From Gemmatimonas sp. (GTDB taxonomy: Bacteria; Gemmatimonadota; Gemmatimonadetes; Gemmatimonadales; Gemmatimonadaceae): a stretch of 64,000 bases of DNA. How positions within the stretch are numbered: the stretch's first letter is position 1; each line of letters begins with the position of its first letter. The position numbers and the translations under genes were made by a program. Below the pieces are notes generated by a model. It saw only the letters and a program-made list of their open reading frames with translations. It was not told the DNA's origin and did no database searches. Shown piece by piece: positions 20,284 through 30,439 of the stretch. The stretch spans positions 3,968,001 to 4,032,000 of the forward strand of contig OZ257156.1 in assembly GCA_965279375.1 (NCBI GenBank), written 5' to 3'.

Positions 20284-20796
20284 CTAGCGCGCGAAACGCT
20301 GCGTCAGTGCGCGCGCGACGATCGGGTGCACGAGCCCCTCGACGGCGCCGCCAAAGCGCGCCACCTCGCGCACCATGCTCGAGCTGATGTAGGTCGTGTC
20401 CAGCGACGGGGCCATGAACACGGTTTCCAGCTCGGGTAGCAGGTGGCGATTCATGAGCGCCATCTGGAATTCGTACTCGAAATCGCTCACGGCACGCAGC
20501 CCGCGCACGTTCACGCACGCGCCGACCTCACGAGCGAAATCCACCAGCAGTCCGTTGAACGCACGCACTTCCACGCGTGGCTCGTCGGCGAAGATCTCGC
20601 GGATGAACGCCACGCGCTGCTCGACGCTGAAGAGCGGCTGCTTGTTCACGTTGTTCGCCACTGCCACCACCAACCGATCGGCGAAGGCGAACGTGCGTGT
20701 GATGAGATCTTCGTGTCCGTGGGTGACCGGGTCGAAGGACCCCGCATACAGCGCCACGCGATGGGATGAAGGAGCGGGGGCGGGCGACGGCGTCAC
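20284..20796 (-). CDS. coaD: Phosphopantetheine adenylyltransferase
   Basis: [40 protein letters not shown]. Confidence 0.97.
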   Translation of the reverse strand: MTPSPAPAPSSHRVALYAGSFDPVTHGHEDLITRTFAFADRLVVAVANNVNKQPLFSVEQRVAFIREIFADEPRVEVRAFNGLLVDFAREVGACVNVRGLRAVSDFEYEFQMALMNRHLLPELETVFMAPSLDTTYISSSMVREVARFGGAVEGLVHPIVARALTQRFAR

Positions 20797-21317
20797 AGGT
20801 CGTCGGAGCGGTAGAAGGTGAGAGCCGTGGAGCCGTAGCGCCTGGTCTGGCCAGGTATGGGCATCTCCGCGGATGCCGAATGTTCAACGCCGAGCACGTG
20901 AGCGAAAGGGACCTCGAGCCAGCGCTCGACGATCTGCAGGGCCGTGGCGTCGGCGTACGGCGGATCCGCGAAGGCCACGTCGTAGGCGCCGGCGGGCAAC
21001 GTGGACACGAACTTGACCGCGTCCTCGCGATGAATCGTCGCGCCGGCGTGTCCACCAAGGTGATCGAGGTTGGCCTGGATCATCTGCAGCACTTTGGGCG
21101 CGCGCTCGACGAAATCGCACGTCGCCGCGCCGCGCGACAGCGCCTCGAGGCCCAGCGCGCCACTCCCGGCGCACAGATCGAGGACCTTCGCATCGGGGAG
21201 CAGCGTGTGCACGATGCTCATCCACGACTCGCGCACCCGATCGCCCGTTGGGCGCACGCCGTCGCCCTCGGGCGCCTCGATGCGCCGCCCTTTCCATCGT
21301 CCCGCTACAATGCGCAC
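20793..21317 (-). CDS. rsmD: 16S rRNA m2G966 methyltransferase
   Basis: MRIVAGRWKGR, RPTGDRVRES, DLCAGSGALGLEALSRGA, DPPY. Confidence 0.95.
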   Translation of the reverse strand: MRIVAGRWKGRRIEAPEGDGVRPTGDRVRESWMSIVHTLLPDAKVLDLCAGSGALGLEALSRGAATCDFVERAPKVLQMIQANLDHLGGHAGATIHREDAVKFVSTLPAGAYDVAFADPPYADATALQIVERWLEVPFAHVLGVEHSASAEMPIPGQTRRYGSTALTFYRSDDL

Positions 21318-21323
21318 AGCGCC

Positions 21324-23114
21324 TTACCCTCGGACATCAGCGAGTTTGAGTTGCAGGCGCGACTGCCCGCGATACTCATCGCGTTCCAGTCGAAACACCA
21401 GATCCACCGGACGGCTCACATCCAGCTGCGCCGCGCGCGACGCCATCCCCCAACCGAGCGCGTCGATCGTGGAGGTACCGGCCTCGAGCGTGAGCCGGAG
21501 ACCGTCGCTGCCCAGCTTTCGCGGCGAACCGGCGAGATGCGCGCCGCGCGCATGGAACACCGGCGCCGGATTGCCGATGCCGAACGGTTCGAAGTGTCGC
21601 ACCAGCCGTTCGAGTTCGTCACCCACGACGTCGAGCGACACTTCCAGATCGACCTTGAGCTCGGGGATCAGGTCGTCGGCCGAGAGTCGCGCTCGGGCGA
21701 CCGCATCGAACTGCTCCCGAAACGCGGGGAGTTGCGCGGCATCCATTGTGAGCCCGGCGGCCGCACGGTGCCCGCCGTAGCGCTGAAAGAGCGGAGCGCA
21801 GCTACCGAGTGCCGCGTGCAGGTCGAAAGCGCTGATGGAGCGTCCGGAGCCCTTCCCCACCCCGTCTTCTACGGCCACCAGCACTGCCGGGCGCGCCGTC
21901 GCTTCCACCACGCGCGAGGCGACAATGCCGATCACCCCCGCGTGCCACCCCTCGCGCGAGAGTACGAACCCAACGCGGTCGCGCATCTCGGGCAGCTCCA
22001 GCTGACGCATCGCGTCGTCGAGCACGCCCTTGTCCATCTCCTGACGCGCGCGGTTGAGCTCCTCGAGTTCACGGGCGATGACGTTGGCTTCGTCGTCACG
22101 CTCGCAGAGCAGCAGCTGGAGACCCAGCTTGGCGTCGGCAATGCGACCGGCCGCGTTCAGTCGTGGCGCGAGTACGAACCCCACCCGTCCCGCCGTCAGC
22201 GGCTTGCCATCGAGCCCCGACGAGCGAATGAGCGCCCGCAGTCCTGGATGCTCCGCCTCGGACAGCAGCTTGAGCCCGTAGCGCACCAGCACGCGATTCT
22301 CACCGCGCAACGGCGCGACGTCGGCGATCGTGGCCAGCGCCACCAGATCGAGCTGGCGATGCGCCAAGCCGCGCGACACACCGAACGCATCGCACAGCGC
22401 CAACGCCAGCTTGTAGGCGACGCCGACCGCCGCCAGGTCCTTGTCCACCGACAGGCATTCGGGACGTCGCGGATTGCACACCGCATACGCGACCGGCAGC
22501 GGTCCGCCGGGCAGATGATGATCGGTGATGATCACGTCGATGCCGTCGGCCATCAGCTCCGCCACGGGCGCACGGGCACTGGTGCCGCAGTCGCAGGTGA
22601 TCACCAGCGTCGCACCGATCCTCCGCGCTTCAGCCACCCCGGCCGGCCCAAGGTCGTAACCGTCGGTCAGACGATTGGGCACGAACGGATGCACGTGCTG
22701 CGCCCCGAGCCCGCGCAGCACCCGCGTCATCAATGCCGTCGAGCTCATTCCGTCCACGTCGTAGTCGCCGTGCACGAGAATCGTTTCCTGCGCTCGTACG
22801 GCATCGGCAATCCGGGCCACCGCGCGCGTGAGATCGAACATCGACTCCGGCTCCGCGACGTGCTCCAGCCGCGGGCGTAGAAATCGCTTGGCCGCCTCCG
22901 GATCCGCATACCCACGGCTCACCAGCAAGCGGCACACGGGATCGGGGAGCAAGAGCGCGTCCGCAAGCCGACGCACGTGCTCCGCCGCTGGCTCGTCGAT
23001 CGCGACCCAACGTGCATCGGGGCGCAACTTGGGCGCTGCAGTCGCCGAACGACTGGCAGGCGCGCCAGCGAGCGGCGGAAACGGCGTAGCGGAGGGGGAT
23101 CGGAGGGAACTCAC
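21324..23114 (-). CDS. recJ: Single-stranded DNA exonuclease RecJ
   Basis: GDYDVDG, TCDCG, TDHH, ATIADVAPL, PRLNAAGR, WHAGVIGIVASR, GGHRAAAG, PFGIGNP. Start placed at GTG 23114, 7 nt after TAGATT. Confidence 0.95.
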   Translation of the reverse strand: MSSLRSPSATPFPPLAGAPASRSATAAPKLRPDARWVAIDEPAAEHVRRLADALLLPDPVCRLLVSRGYADPEAAKRFLRPRLEHVAEPESMFDLTRAVARIADAVRAQETILVHGDYDVDGMSSTALMTRVLRGLGAQHVHPFVPNRLTDGYDLGPAGVAEARRIGATLVITCDCGTSARAPVAELMADGIDVIITDHHLPGGPLPVAYAVCNPRRPECLSVDKDLAAVGVAYKLALALCDAFGVSRGLAHRQLDLVALATIADVAPLRGENRVLVRYGLKLLSEAEHPGLRALIRSSGLDGKPLTAGRVGFVLAPRLNAAGRIADAKLGLQLLLCERDDEANVIARELEELNRARQEMDKGVLDDAMRQLELPEMRDRVGFVLSREGWHAGVIGIVASRVVEATARPAVLVAVEDGVGKGSGRSISAFDLHAALGSCAPLFQRYGGHRAAAGLTMDAAQLPAFREQFDAVARARLSADDLIPELKVDLEVSLDVVGDELERLVRHFEPFGIGNPAPVFHARGAHLAGSPRKLGSDGLRLTLEAGTSTIDALGWGMASRAAQLDVSRPVDLVFRLERDEYRGQSRLQLKLADVRG

Positions 23115-23214
23115 GCGCGACAATCTATCGGCGTGTCGGCCGGCCGAGACACCCACAACGTTGCATCACGCATCGGGGGACCGCCGCGCGACGCGTCGCC
23201 GTTACAGCGACGTC

Positions 23215-23937
23215 TCAGTCGCCCTTCGGCGCAACGCGCAAATACAGCAGCGACCCGCACCCCTCACACGTCTCGATCACGTTGCCGCTCGCCATGCTCG
23301 GCCTGCGCTGCATCGGAATCGAGGTGTCACAATTGCCGCAGGAGAAGTCGCCGCCCAAGGCAAACACCACCGGTGCACGCCGCCGCGTAGCGAGTCGGTC
23401 GTACTTGGACAGCAGCGGCGCACCAACCCCACCCGACGATGCATTGCGCAACGCACGAGCCGCGGTGATCTCCGCTTCGATACCGCCCTTCTCGTCGGCG
23501 AGCGCCTTGCGCTGCACCACCTGCGCCTCCTCGATCGCGCGGACCGCGTCACGACTCGCCGTCGCGGCGGTCTTCAGATCAGCGATCCGACGCGAGATGC
23601 CGAGCAACTCGCTCTCCTCGTCGGCCAGGACCCGTCGGGCCGCTTCCACCTGCGCCATGGCGGCAGTGGCTTCCTTCAGCTTGTGCGCCTGATCGAGCAC
23701 CTTGACGTTCTTGTCGTGCCGATCACGATGCTCTGCGATGCGCGCTTCGAGCGCTCGGTGGCGTTCCAGTTCGCGCTCGAGAGCGGCGTCTGCACGGGCC
23801 GCCTCGTCGTAGGCCCGCTGTCTCGACTTGTCGAGCGCAGCCATGCGAGGCGACAGGGAATCCCGCCGATCTTCCACCGCGCGAATGGCTTCGTCGTGCT
23901 GCTGCACCACCAATAGCGCTTCAAGCTCCGGATTCAC
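23215..23937 (-). CDS. Coiled-coil protein with C-terminal C4 zinc ribbon (CT398/HP0958-like)
   Basis: Long coiled coil, then CGNC...CEGCGSLLY. Confidence 0.85.
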   Translation of the reverse strand: MNPELEALLVVQQHDEAIRAVEDRRDSLSPRMAALDKSRQRAYDEAARADAALERELERHRALEARIAEHRDRHDKNVKVLDQAHKLKEATAAMAQVEAARRVLADEESELLGISRRIADLKTAATASRDAVRAIEEAQVVQRKALADEKGGIEAEITAARALRNASSGGVGAPLLSKYDRLATRRRAPVVFALGGDFSCGNCDTSIPMQRRPSMASGNVIETCEGCGSLLYLRVAPKGD

Positions 23938-23965
23938 TGCGCCTCCAGGTCGTTGGCCAACATTC

Positions 23966-25903
23966 TCACCCCTTCGGTTTAGCCCGTGGGCTCCGCATAG
24001 GCAAGAGGCGACGCAATTCCGACTCCAAGTCGAGTCGTTCTCGCATCAGCGCGTCCTTCTCTTCCCGCGTCTCCGCTCGAGCGATCTCTGCGCGAATCTC
24101 ATCCACGCGCGTTTCGAGACGCCGCGCGTCCAGCCGATCGAGGCTGAGTCCGATGTCCGCCTGCATCGCTTCGCTGCCGTTGGCGCTTTCCGTGAGTTCG
24201 CGCATCGTTCGTAACGCGACCGGATCCAGCTGCTCCGCGATCTGCTCGAGGTCGTCGTCCAGATCCGCATCGAGCAGCACCTGAAAGATCGCCCGATACG
24301 AGAGCTCGCGAAAATCACCCGGGCCGTGCCGCTCCGCGACGCGCTCGGCCAGCCCGCGATCGAGCAGCATGGCGCGCAGCAACGCGCGCTCGATGGGCTC
24401 GTCGCGACGAGGTCGCGGCGGAATGTTCGTCGCCTGCCACTCGGGTCCGGCGTTCTTGCCTCGCTTCCCCTTCCACGTGCCACGTCCCTGTGCGTTGGCA
24501 TAGGGCGACGACGGAGCGGGCATGTCCACCGGTGGTGCTTCGCCCATTTCCGATGAATCGTGCGACGGTCCCGGATCCTGCGAATTCGTCGACGCCGCCA
24601 TGCGTGCCTCGCGCGTGCCCGCGGGCGGCTCGTCCGCCTCACTCACTAAAGTCGCCTTGTCGAGATGCGATACGTCTGCCAGCCGCGTCAGATACATGTC
24701 GCGCATGAGCGGATCGCGCGCGGCACGAATGGTAGGCAGCAGCTTGTCGATGGCTAACCGACGCTTGCGCAGCTCGCTGAACCAGCCAAGGCGTTCGAGC
24801 ACCTGAATCTGCCGGTCGAAGAGATCAATCGCCTGCGTCAGCTGCGTCTCGAGCGCCCCGCGCCCGTGCGCGCGCACGAAGGTGTCCGGATCTTCACCTT
24901 CGGGCAGCGACACGACGCGCACTGCGGCCTTGTGCTTGAGCAACTCCAGTCCCGAGCGGAACGTCGCCTTCTGACCGGCCTCGTCGCTGTCGTAGAGGAG
25001 AAATATCTCCGGCGCATAGCGCACCAGCAACTGCGCCTGCTCTTCCGTCAGCGCGGTGCCCAGCGGCGCGACGACCTCCTCAATTCCCGACAGCGCCACG
25101 CGAATCGCGTCGAGATAGCCCTCCACCACGATCGCCCGCCCGCTCCGGCGCATTGCGTTCTTCGCGTTGTGCAAGCCGTAGAGCGTACGGCGCTTCTGGA
25201 AGACGACCGATTCGCCGCTATTGAGATACTTGGGCGTGTCGTCTCCCATCGCTCGGCCGCCAAAGGCCACATGATGTCCGAGCTCATCGACGATGGGAAA
25301 CATCACGCGTCCGCGAAAGCGCCCGCGCGGCTCGGTCTCCCCCTCGCGCACCACCAGTAGCCCCGCTTCGATCAGGCGCGCGTCGTCAAAGCCAAGTGTG
25401 TGCAGATATCGACGCAGCGCCTGCGCATCGCGCGGCGCGAAACCGATGCCGAATCGCGTGCGCGCTGCCTCGTCGATTCCGCGCCCCGTGAGGTAGTCGC
25501 GCGCCGCGCGCCCGACGGATTCATCCGCCAGCTGCGTGCGAAACCACTCCGCCGCCGTCGCCAACACTTCCCAGTTGCGCTCGTTCGGGTCGGCCACCTG
25601 CGCGCGCCGCGGCGCGTCGATCACTTCGATGCCCGTGCGTTCCCCGACCATCTTCACGGCGGACGTGAAGTCCATGCCGAGCCGCTTCATCACGAAGGTG
25701 AAGACGTCACCGCTCTCCGAGCAGACGAAGCAGTGGTAGCTGCTGCGCTTCTGCGACACGGAAAAGTTGGGCTTCGTGCCACCGTGAAACGGGCAGGCCC
25801 CGCGAAAGTCTCCGCCCATGCGCCGCAGCGGGACGAACTCCGAAATGATCTGTACGATGTCGGCTGCGCTGCGGACACGCTCCACCGTTTCGTCGGAGAT
25901 CAT
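23966..25903 (-). CDS. dnaG: DNA primase
   Basis: Zinc finger CPFH...CFVC, RFRGRVMFPI, FGGR, KYLNS, VEGYLD, YDSDEAGQKA, DPD; ATG at 25903. Confidence 0.97.
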   Translation of the reverse strand: MISDETVERVRSAADIVQIISEFVPLRRMGGDFRGACPFHGGTKPNFSVSQKRSSYHCFVCSESGDVFTFVMKRLGMDFTSAVKMVGERTGIEVIDAPRRAQVADPNERNWEVLATAAEWFRTQLADESVGRAARDYLTGRGIDEAARTRFGIGFAPRDAQALRRYLHTLGFDDARLIEAGLLVVREGETEPRGRFRGRVMFPIVDELGHHVAFGGRAMGDDTPKYLNSGESVVFQKRRTLYGLHNAKNAMRRSGRAIVVEGYLDAIRVALSGIEEVVAPLGTALTEEQAQLLVRYAPEIFLLYDSDEAGQKATFRSGLELLKHKAAVRVVSLPEGEDPDTFVRAHGRGALETQLTQAIDLFDRQIQVLERLGWFSELRKRRLAIDKLLPTIRAARDPLMRDMYLTRLADVSHLDKATLVSEADEPPAGTREARMAASTNSQDPGPSHDSSEMGEAPPVDMPAPSSPYANAQGRGTWKGKRGKNAGPEWQATNIPPRPRRDEPIERALLRAMLLDRGLAERVAERHGPGDFRELSYRAIFQVLLDADLDDDLEQIAEQLDPVALRTMRELTESANGSEAMQADIGLSLDRLDARRLETRVDEIRAEIARAETREEKDALMRERLDLESELRRLLPMRSPRAKPKG

Positions 25904-28407
25904 GCGAGCTCCGCGACGGTGACCCCTGCCCCTCCTTCGTTCCACGCACCGAGCCGGAAGCCGCCGACGCGCGTGTCCTTCTTGAGCATCTCTCCCACGC
26001 GTGCGCGGAGCGCGCCCGTACCCTTCCCGTGAATGATCCGCAGTTCGCGCAGGTCCGCGCGGATCGCCGCGTCGAGTGCCTGCACCACGAGGTCCGCGAC
26101 TTCATCGGCGCGCACACCACGCACATCCACCTCGCGCACCGGCTCAGCTTCCGGGACATCACCCATCAGCGACACCTTGTACATCGGCGGTGGCGGCGCG
26201 GCCGTCCGTGTCAGTGCGCTCACCGGCACGGACAACGTCATCGACCCGACCATCACGCGCGCGTCCTTCCCGCGCAGCGACACGATGCGCCCCGCCTTGC
26301 CGTCGAGCGTGGACACGAGCACGCTGTCGCCTTCCGCCAACGGCGCGCTCTTCGGCTTGGCCTTGGATGCCGCGGGCCTGCCCACAGTCGAGATTGACGT
26401 GTCAGCTGCAGCGGCGCCCGCCGACGGTGAGGCCCCAGCTTCACGCTCCAACGCCGCGCGCAATTTCTCGGCGCGACGTTCCCGGTCACGCTGTGCCTGC
26501 ACCGCCACCCGATCGACCGCGGCGCTCTCCGCGGCTGCCGCGTCTTCCACAGCGCGACGAGCAGCACGTGCCGCCGCCTCCACGGCATCGGAGTGCTCGG
26601 CAGCCTTGGCCCGTACCTCCGCAACGGCGCGCTCCACTACCGCACGCGCTTCCAGCAAATACTTGCGCGTCTCTTGTCGCGCGCTGCGCTCCGACTCGCG
26701 CTCCTTCTCACGCACCTTCACCTCGCGATCGGTGACCGTCGCCACGCGCGAACGCAGCTTGGTCTGCTCGATCTCCATCACGCGTTCGCGATCGGTCAGC
26801 ACGGCATCGCGCAACTCGATGTCGGCGAGCAGGATGGCGAGGTCGCGTTCACCCTTGGGCAGCCGCTCTTCCGCGTTGACCAGCACCTCCTCAGGCAGCG
26901 CGAGACGACGGGCAATGCTCAACCCATAGCTGCGCCCAGGCACGCCCTTGAGCAGGCGATACGTCGGCGCCAGGAGCTGCGCGTCGAACTGCAGCGATGC
27001 GTTAACCACACCCTCCACCTCGGTGGCCAGCAGCTTGAGCTGCCCCAGGTGCGTGGTCGCGATAGTAAGCGCCCCGCGTCGCGTGAGCGTTTCGAGAATC
27101 GCGCTGCCCAACGCCGCGCCTTCGGCCGGATCGGTGCCCGAGCCCAGTTCGTCCACGAGCACCAGCGAGTCCGCCGTCGCCATGCGCAGAATCTCGCCCT
27201 GATTCTTGAGGTGCGCGCTGAACGTGGACAGACTCGCCTCGATGCTCTGCTCATCGCCGACATCGGCAAAGACGTCGTCGAAGACCGGCAGTCGACTCGT
27301 CGCGCCCACCGGCGCAGGCACACCGGCCTGCGCCATCGCTGCCAACAGTCCGATCGCCTTGAGCAGAACGGTCTTGCCGCCGGTATTCGGCCCCGACACG
27401 AGCAACGTACGCTCTTTCGGATGCATGGTCAGATCGAATGGCACGACCGGCGTCCCGCGCGCCAACAATAGCGGATGGCGACCGTCAACGATCGCCCATC
27501 CCTCGGCGGGCGCACAGAACGTCAGCGGCGCGCAGAGCGCATCGATCGAGTATCTCGCACGCGCATACAGCGAGTCCAGAGCAACCAGCGCCGCGTACGC
27601 GCCGTTGATCGCCTCGTGATGCGGCCTCAGTGCCTCCGTCAGCTCCCGCAGCACGCGCTCGACTTCGCGCTGCTCCTCGATCTCCAGTTCGCGCAGTCGA
27701 TTGCCGAACTCCACCGCCGCGGGCGGCTCGACGAAAATCGTCTCGCCTGTCCCGGAGCTGTCGTGCACGATGCCGCCCACGTAGCCGCGTGCGCCGCGAC
27801 GCATGGGCATCACCCAACGCCCGTTGCGCATCGTGACTGAGAGATCGCCCACCTGATGATGCGGCTCGAGCTGTCGCATCTCGCGCTCCAGCAGTCGCAC
27901 CAGCTCACCCTCGGCCTGACGCAGATCGCGGCGCACTTTGCGCAGCGCCGGCGACGCATCGTCCTTCACGGTGCCGTCGTCGGCAATGGCACGGCTGATC
28001 GCTTCTTCCTGCGCGCGCAGGTCCACCAGCGCCTGCGTGTACATGACGAGAAACGCGACGACCACAGCCGGACGTCGCGGATCGCGAAGCGCCTCGCGCG
28101 TACGCCGAGACGAACGCAGCAGAATGGCCGCATGCAGCAGCTCTTCCGCGCTCCACGACAGTCCGCCGATGCGCAATCGCTTGAGCGATTCCGCGAGGTC
28201 AGGAATCTGTTCGCTTGGCCATCCGGCGTCCGACGACACGAGGGCGCGCATCGCGCCGACGCGTGCGTGCTCGGCTTCGATCCACTGGCGATCGGCGCGG
28301 GGCTCCAATGTGCGAACCGCAGCGGCGCCTGGCGCGGAGTGCGCGCGGCCAGCCACATGCGCCAGCAGGCGCGGAAACTCGAGAATGCCTAATGCGTGGC
28401 CGTTCAT
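25900..28407 (-). CDS. mutS2: Endonuclease MutS2
   Basis: HDSSGTGETIFVEP, SGPNTGGKT, DEQSIEASLSTFS, DELGSGTDP, C-terminal Smr domain (IIHGKGTGAL). Confidence 0.96.
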   Translation of the reverse strand: MNGHALGILEFPRLLAHVAGRAHSAPGAAAVRTLEPRADRQWIEAEHARVGAMRALVSSDAGWPSEQIPDLAESLKRLRIGGLSWSAEELLHAAILLRSSRRTREALRDPRRPAVVVAFLVMYTQALVDLRAQEEAISRAIADDGTVKDDASPALRKVRRDLRQAEGELVRLLEREMRQLEPHHQVGDLSVTMRNGRWVMPMRRGARGYVGGIVHDSSGTGETIFVEPPAAVEFGNRLRELEIEEQREVERVLRELTEALRPHHEAINGAYAALVALDSLYARARYSIDALCAPLTFCAPAEGWAIVDGRHPLLLARGTPVVPFDLTMHPKERTLLVSGPNTGGKTVLLKAIGLLAAMAQAGVPAPVGATSRLPVFDDVFADVGDEQSIEASLSTFSAHLKNQGEILRMATADSLVLVDELGSGTDPAEGAALGSAILETLTRRGALTIATTHLGQLKLLATEVEGVVNASLQFDAQLLAPTYRLLKGVPGRSYGLSIARRLALPEEVLVNAEERLPKGERDLAILLADIELRDAVLTDRERVMEIEQTKLRSRVATVTDREVKVREKERESERSARQETRKYLLEARAVVERAVAEVRAKAAEHSDAVEAAARAARRAVEDAAAAESAAVDRVAVQAQRDRERRAEKLRAALEREAGASPSAGAAAADTSISTVGRPAASKAKPKSAPLAEGDSVLVSTLDGKAGRIVSLRGKDARVMVGSMTLSVPVSALTRTAAPPPPMYKVSLMGDVPEAEPVREVDVRGVRADEVADLVVQALDAAIRADLRELRIIHGKGTGALRARVGEMLKKDTRVGGFRLGAWNEGGAGVTVAELA

Positions 28408-28414
28408 GACATCC

Positions 28415-28458
28415 GGAAAGACAAGGACCCGAACCGACGCATGCGAGGGTTCGGGTCC
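28415..28458 (-). terminator. Intrinsic terminator after rpsU-yqeY
   Basis: 11-bp perfect stem GGACCCGAACC/GGTTCGGGTCC followed on the minus strand by TTGTCTTT. Confidence 0.6.
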
Positions 28459-28500
28459 GACTCTACTGGCGAGATGCCGTTGCTGTCGTCCCCACGGACA

Positions 28501-28965
28501 TCATCCGCGCGTGAGCTCTTCCCGCGCGATCGCATTGATCGTACTGCCATCGGCTCGCCCCTTGAACTGCGGCATCACCTTAGCCATCACCGCCCCGACG
28601 TTCGCGGCGCCTCCAGCAATCGCCTCGCGTACGGCCGCTCGCAACTCCTCCGAATCGACTTGCGCTGGGGTGTACAACTCCAACGCGACAGCCTCGGCTT
28701 GCTCGCGATCCGCCAAGTCCGCACGATTCGCTTTCGCGTACATCGCCACGGACTCCTTGCGCTTCTTGATCGCCTTGCGAATGACATCGACAACATCGTC
28801 GTCGGTGGCATCGCGCTTGAGCTCGATCTCCCGGTTCTTGATCTCCGAGATGACCATGCCGAGCAAGAGCACGCGATCCTTATCCTGCGCCCGTCTGGCC
28901 GCAGCCTGATCGGTCTGCAGCCGCACGAGCAGCGAAGCGCCGCCGGCGGCCACGGGAGAACTCAA
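28501..28965 (-). CDS. GatB/YqeY domain protein
   Basis: [33 protein letters not shown]; directly follows rpsU. Confidence 0.92.
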   Translation of the reverse strand: MSSPVAAGGASLLVRLQTDQAAARRAQDKDRVLLLGMVISEIKNREIELKRDATDDDVVDVIRKAIKKRKESVAMYAKANRADLADREQAEAVALELYTPAQVDSEELRAAVREAIAGGAANVGAVMAKVMPQFKGRADGSTINAIAREELTRG

Positions 28966-29150
28966 CCCTGGCGCGTGCGGCGATTCTTACGAACAGCCGC
29001 GTTCATCTTGCGCTTGCGACGCTCGGACGGCTTCTCGTAATGACGATGCTTGCGCAGGTCGGACAGAATGCCAGCCTTCTCGCACTTCTTCTTGAAGCGC
29101 TTGAGGGCCCGCTCAAAGTTCTCGTCCTCGTGGATGATGACTTCCGACAA
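28962..29150 (-). CDS. rpsU: 30S ribosomal protein S21
   Basis: [20 protein letters not shown]...[14 protein letters not shown] start with SD GGGAG. Confidence 0.97.
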   Translation of the reverse strand: MSEVIIHEDENFERALKRFKKKCEKAGILSDLRKHRHYEKPSERRKRKMNAAVRKNRRTRQG

Positions 29151-29294
29151 ACTCGATCTCTCCCTGGGGTCCCGGACTCAGCTCAGGTGCACGCGGCACG
29201 TGGGTCAGAGGCGGGAAACGCGGCGCGCGCGACAGCAGTCGGCAAGAGGTGCCGAATGCCTCGCGCGTCCTAAGTGAAGGCACGACAGCCTTGT

Positions 29295-29323
29295 ATCCTA
29301 CCCACAGCAACCGAGTGGGTCAA
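29295..29323 (-). promoter_or_regulatory. Sigma70-type promoter of rpsU
   Basis: TTGACC-17 nt-TAGGAT on the minus strand. Confidence 0.65.
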
Positions 29324-29333
29324 GGACAGGTGT

Positions 29334-29675
29334 TCAACCCGGTGGCCAGGTCATGGACCGACCGCCGAGCAAATGCAGATGCAGGTGGAGCACGGTCTGC
29401 CCTCCGTCCGCACCGGTGTTCATGACGGTCCGGTATCCACCCTCCGCGATCCCCTCCTGACGCGCCACCTCGGCCGCCAGCAGCGCCAGCGCCCCCACCT
29501 CGGCCGCATCCGTCGCCTCGGCGAGCGAGGACACGTGCCGCCGCGGAATCACCAGCACATGCACCGGTGCCTGCGGGTGGATGTCGCGGAAGGCCACGGC
29601 GTGTTCATTCTCCGCGACAAATGGCACCGGGATCGCACCCGACGCGATCCGGCAGAACAGACAGTCGTCAGACAT
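29334..29675 (-). CDS. Histidine triad nucleotide-binding protein (HinT-like)
   Basis: DCLFCRI, FRDIHPQAPVHVLVIP, GQTVLHLHLHLLGGR. Confidence 0.94.
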   Translation of the reverse strand: MSDDCLFCRIASGAIPVPFVAENEHAVAFRDIHPQAPVHVLVIPRRHVSSLAEATDAAEVGALALLAAEVARQEGIAEGGYRTVMNTGADGGQTVLHLHLHLLGGRSMTWPPG

Positions 29676-29680
29676 TCAGG

Positions 29681-30439
29681 CTATCCTCGGGGATCGAAAA
29701 GTGCCGTGCGGGCCACGGCCAGCGCCGCCAAGCCGGCGGTCTCGAAGCGCAAGATGGACGGACCAAGGCTGACCCGACGAAACCCGGCGCCGTCGAGCGC
29801 TTCGAGTTCGTCCCGCTCCAGTCCACCCTCGGGCCCCAACGCGATCACCAGCGGCGTACCGATGGGCGCCGCGGCAGGCCCGGCGAACGGCGCCGCGCCC
29901 GGATCCAGCGACACGCGGTCCCCGACCGGCGCGGCGAGCAACGCGCGCTCCAGATTCGCCTCGGGAAAGAGCTGCGGCAGCCACGACCCTTCGGACTGCG
30001 CCAGCGCCTGCTCCATGCGGGCGGCCACCTTTGCCTGAAACGTCATCCCCTCGCCGCGGGGCGACACGCTGCGAGAGCGCCGCCACATCACCGGCCGCCA
30101 GCTGGTGCAGCCAAACTCGCAGGCCTTTTCGGCGAGCCACAGCATCCGCTCGCGATCGGCTACGGGCACCAGGAGATGCACCTCTGGCAGCGGATCGAGT
30201 TGCTCCACCTCGGTCACATCGAGCACAGCCTGCGTCTTCGTCAGACGCACCAACGTCCCGGCCCCAACGCCACCTCGACCGTCGCGGAGCCCCACCAGCG
30301 CCCCGGCATCCAACCGCAGCACACGCATGTGTCGAGCGGCATGCTCGTCCAGCAGACACGGCGTTCCCGCCGAGAATCCCTCGGGTGACAGGAACGTCGG
30401 ACGCCCTGCCGCTATGCCCGCGCGATCGACGCCGACCAC
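29681..30439 (-). CDS. rsmE: 16S rRNA m3U1498 methyltransferase
   Basis: HMRVLRL, EKACEFG, ALGPEGGL, LGPSILRFETA. Start approximate. Confidence 0.92.
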   Translation of the reverse strand: MVGVDRAGIAAGRPTFLSPEGFSAGTPCLLDEHAARHMRVLRLDAGALVGLRDGRGGVGAGTLVRLTKTQAVLDVTEVEQLDPLPEVHLLVPVADRERMLWLAEKACEFGCTSWRPVMWRRSRSVSPRGEGMTFQAKVAARMEQALAQSEGSWLPQLFPEANLERALLAAPVGDRVSLDPGAAPFAGPAAAPIGTPLVIALGPEGGLERDELEALDGAGFRRVSLGPSILRFETAGLAALAVARTALFDPRG

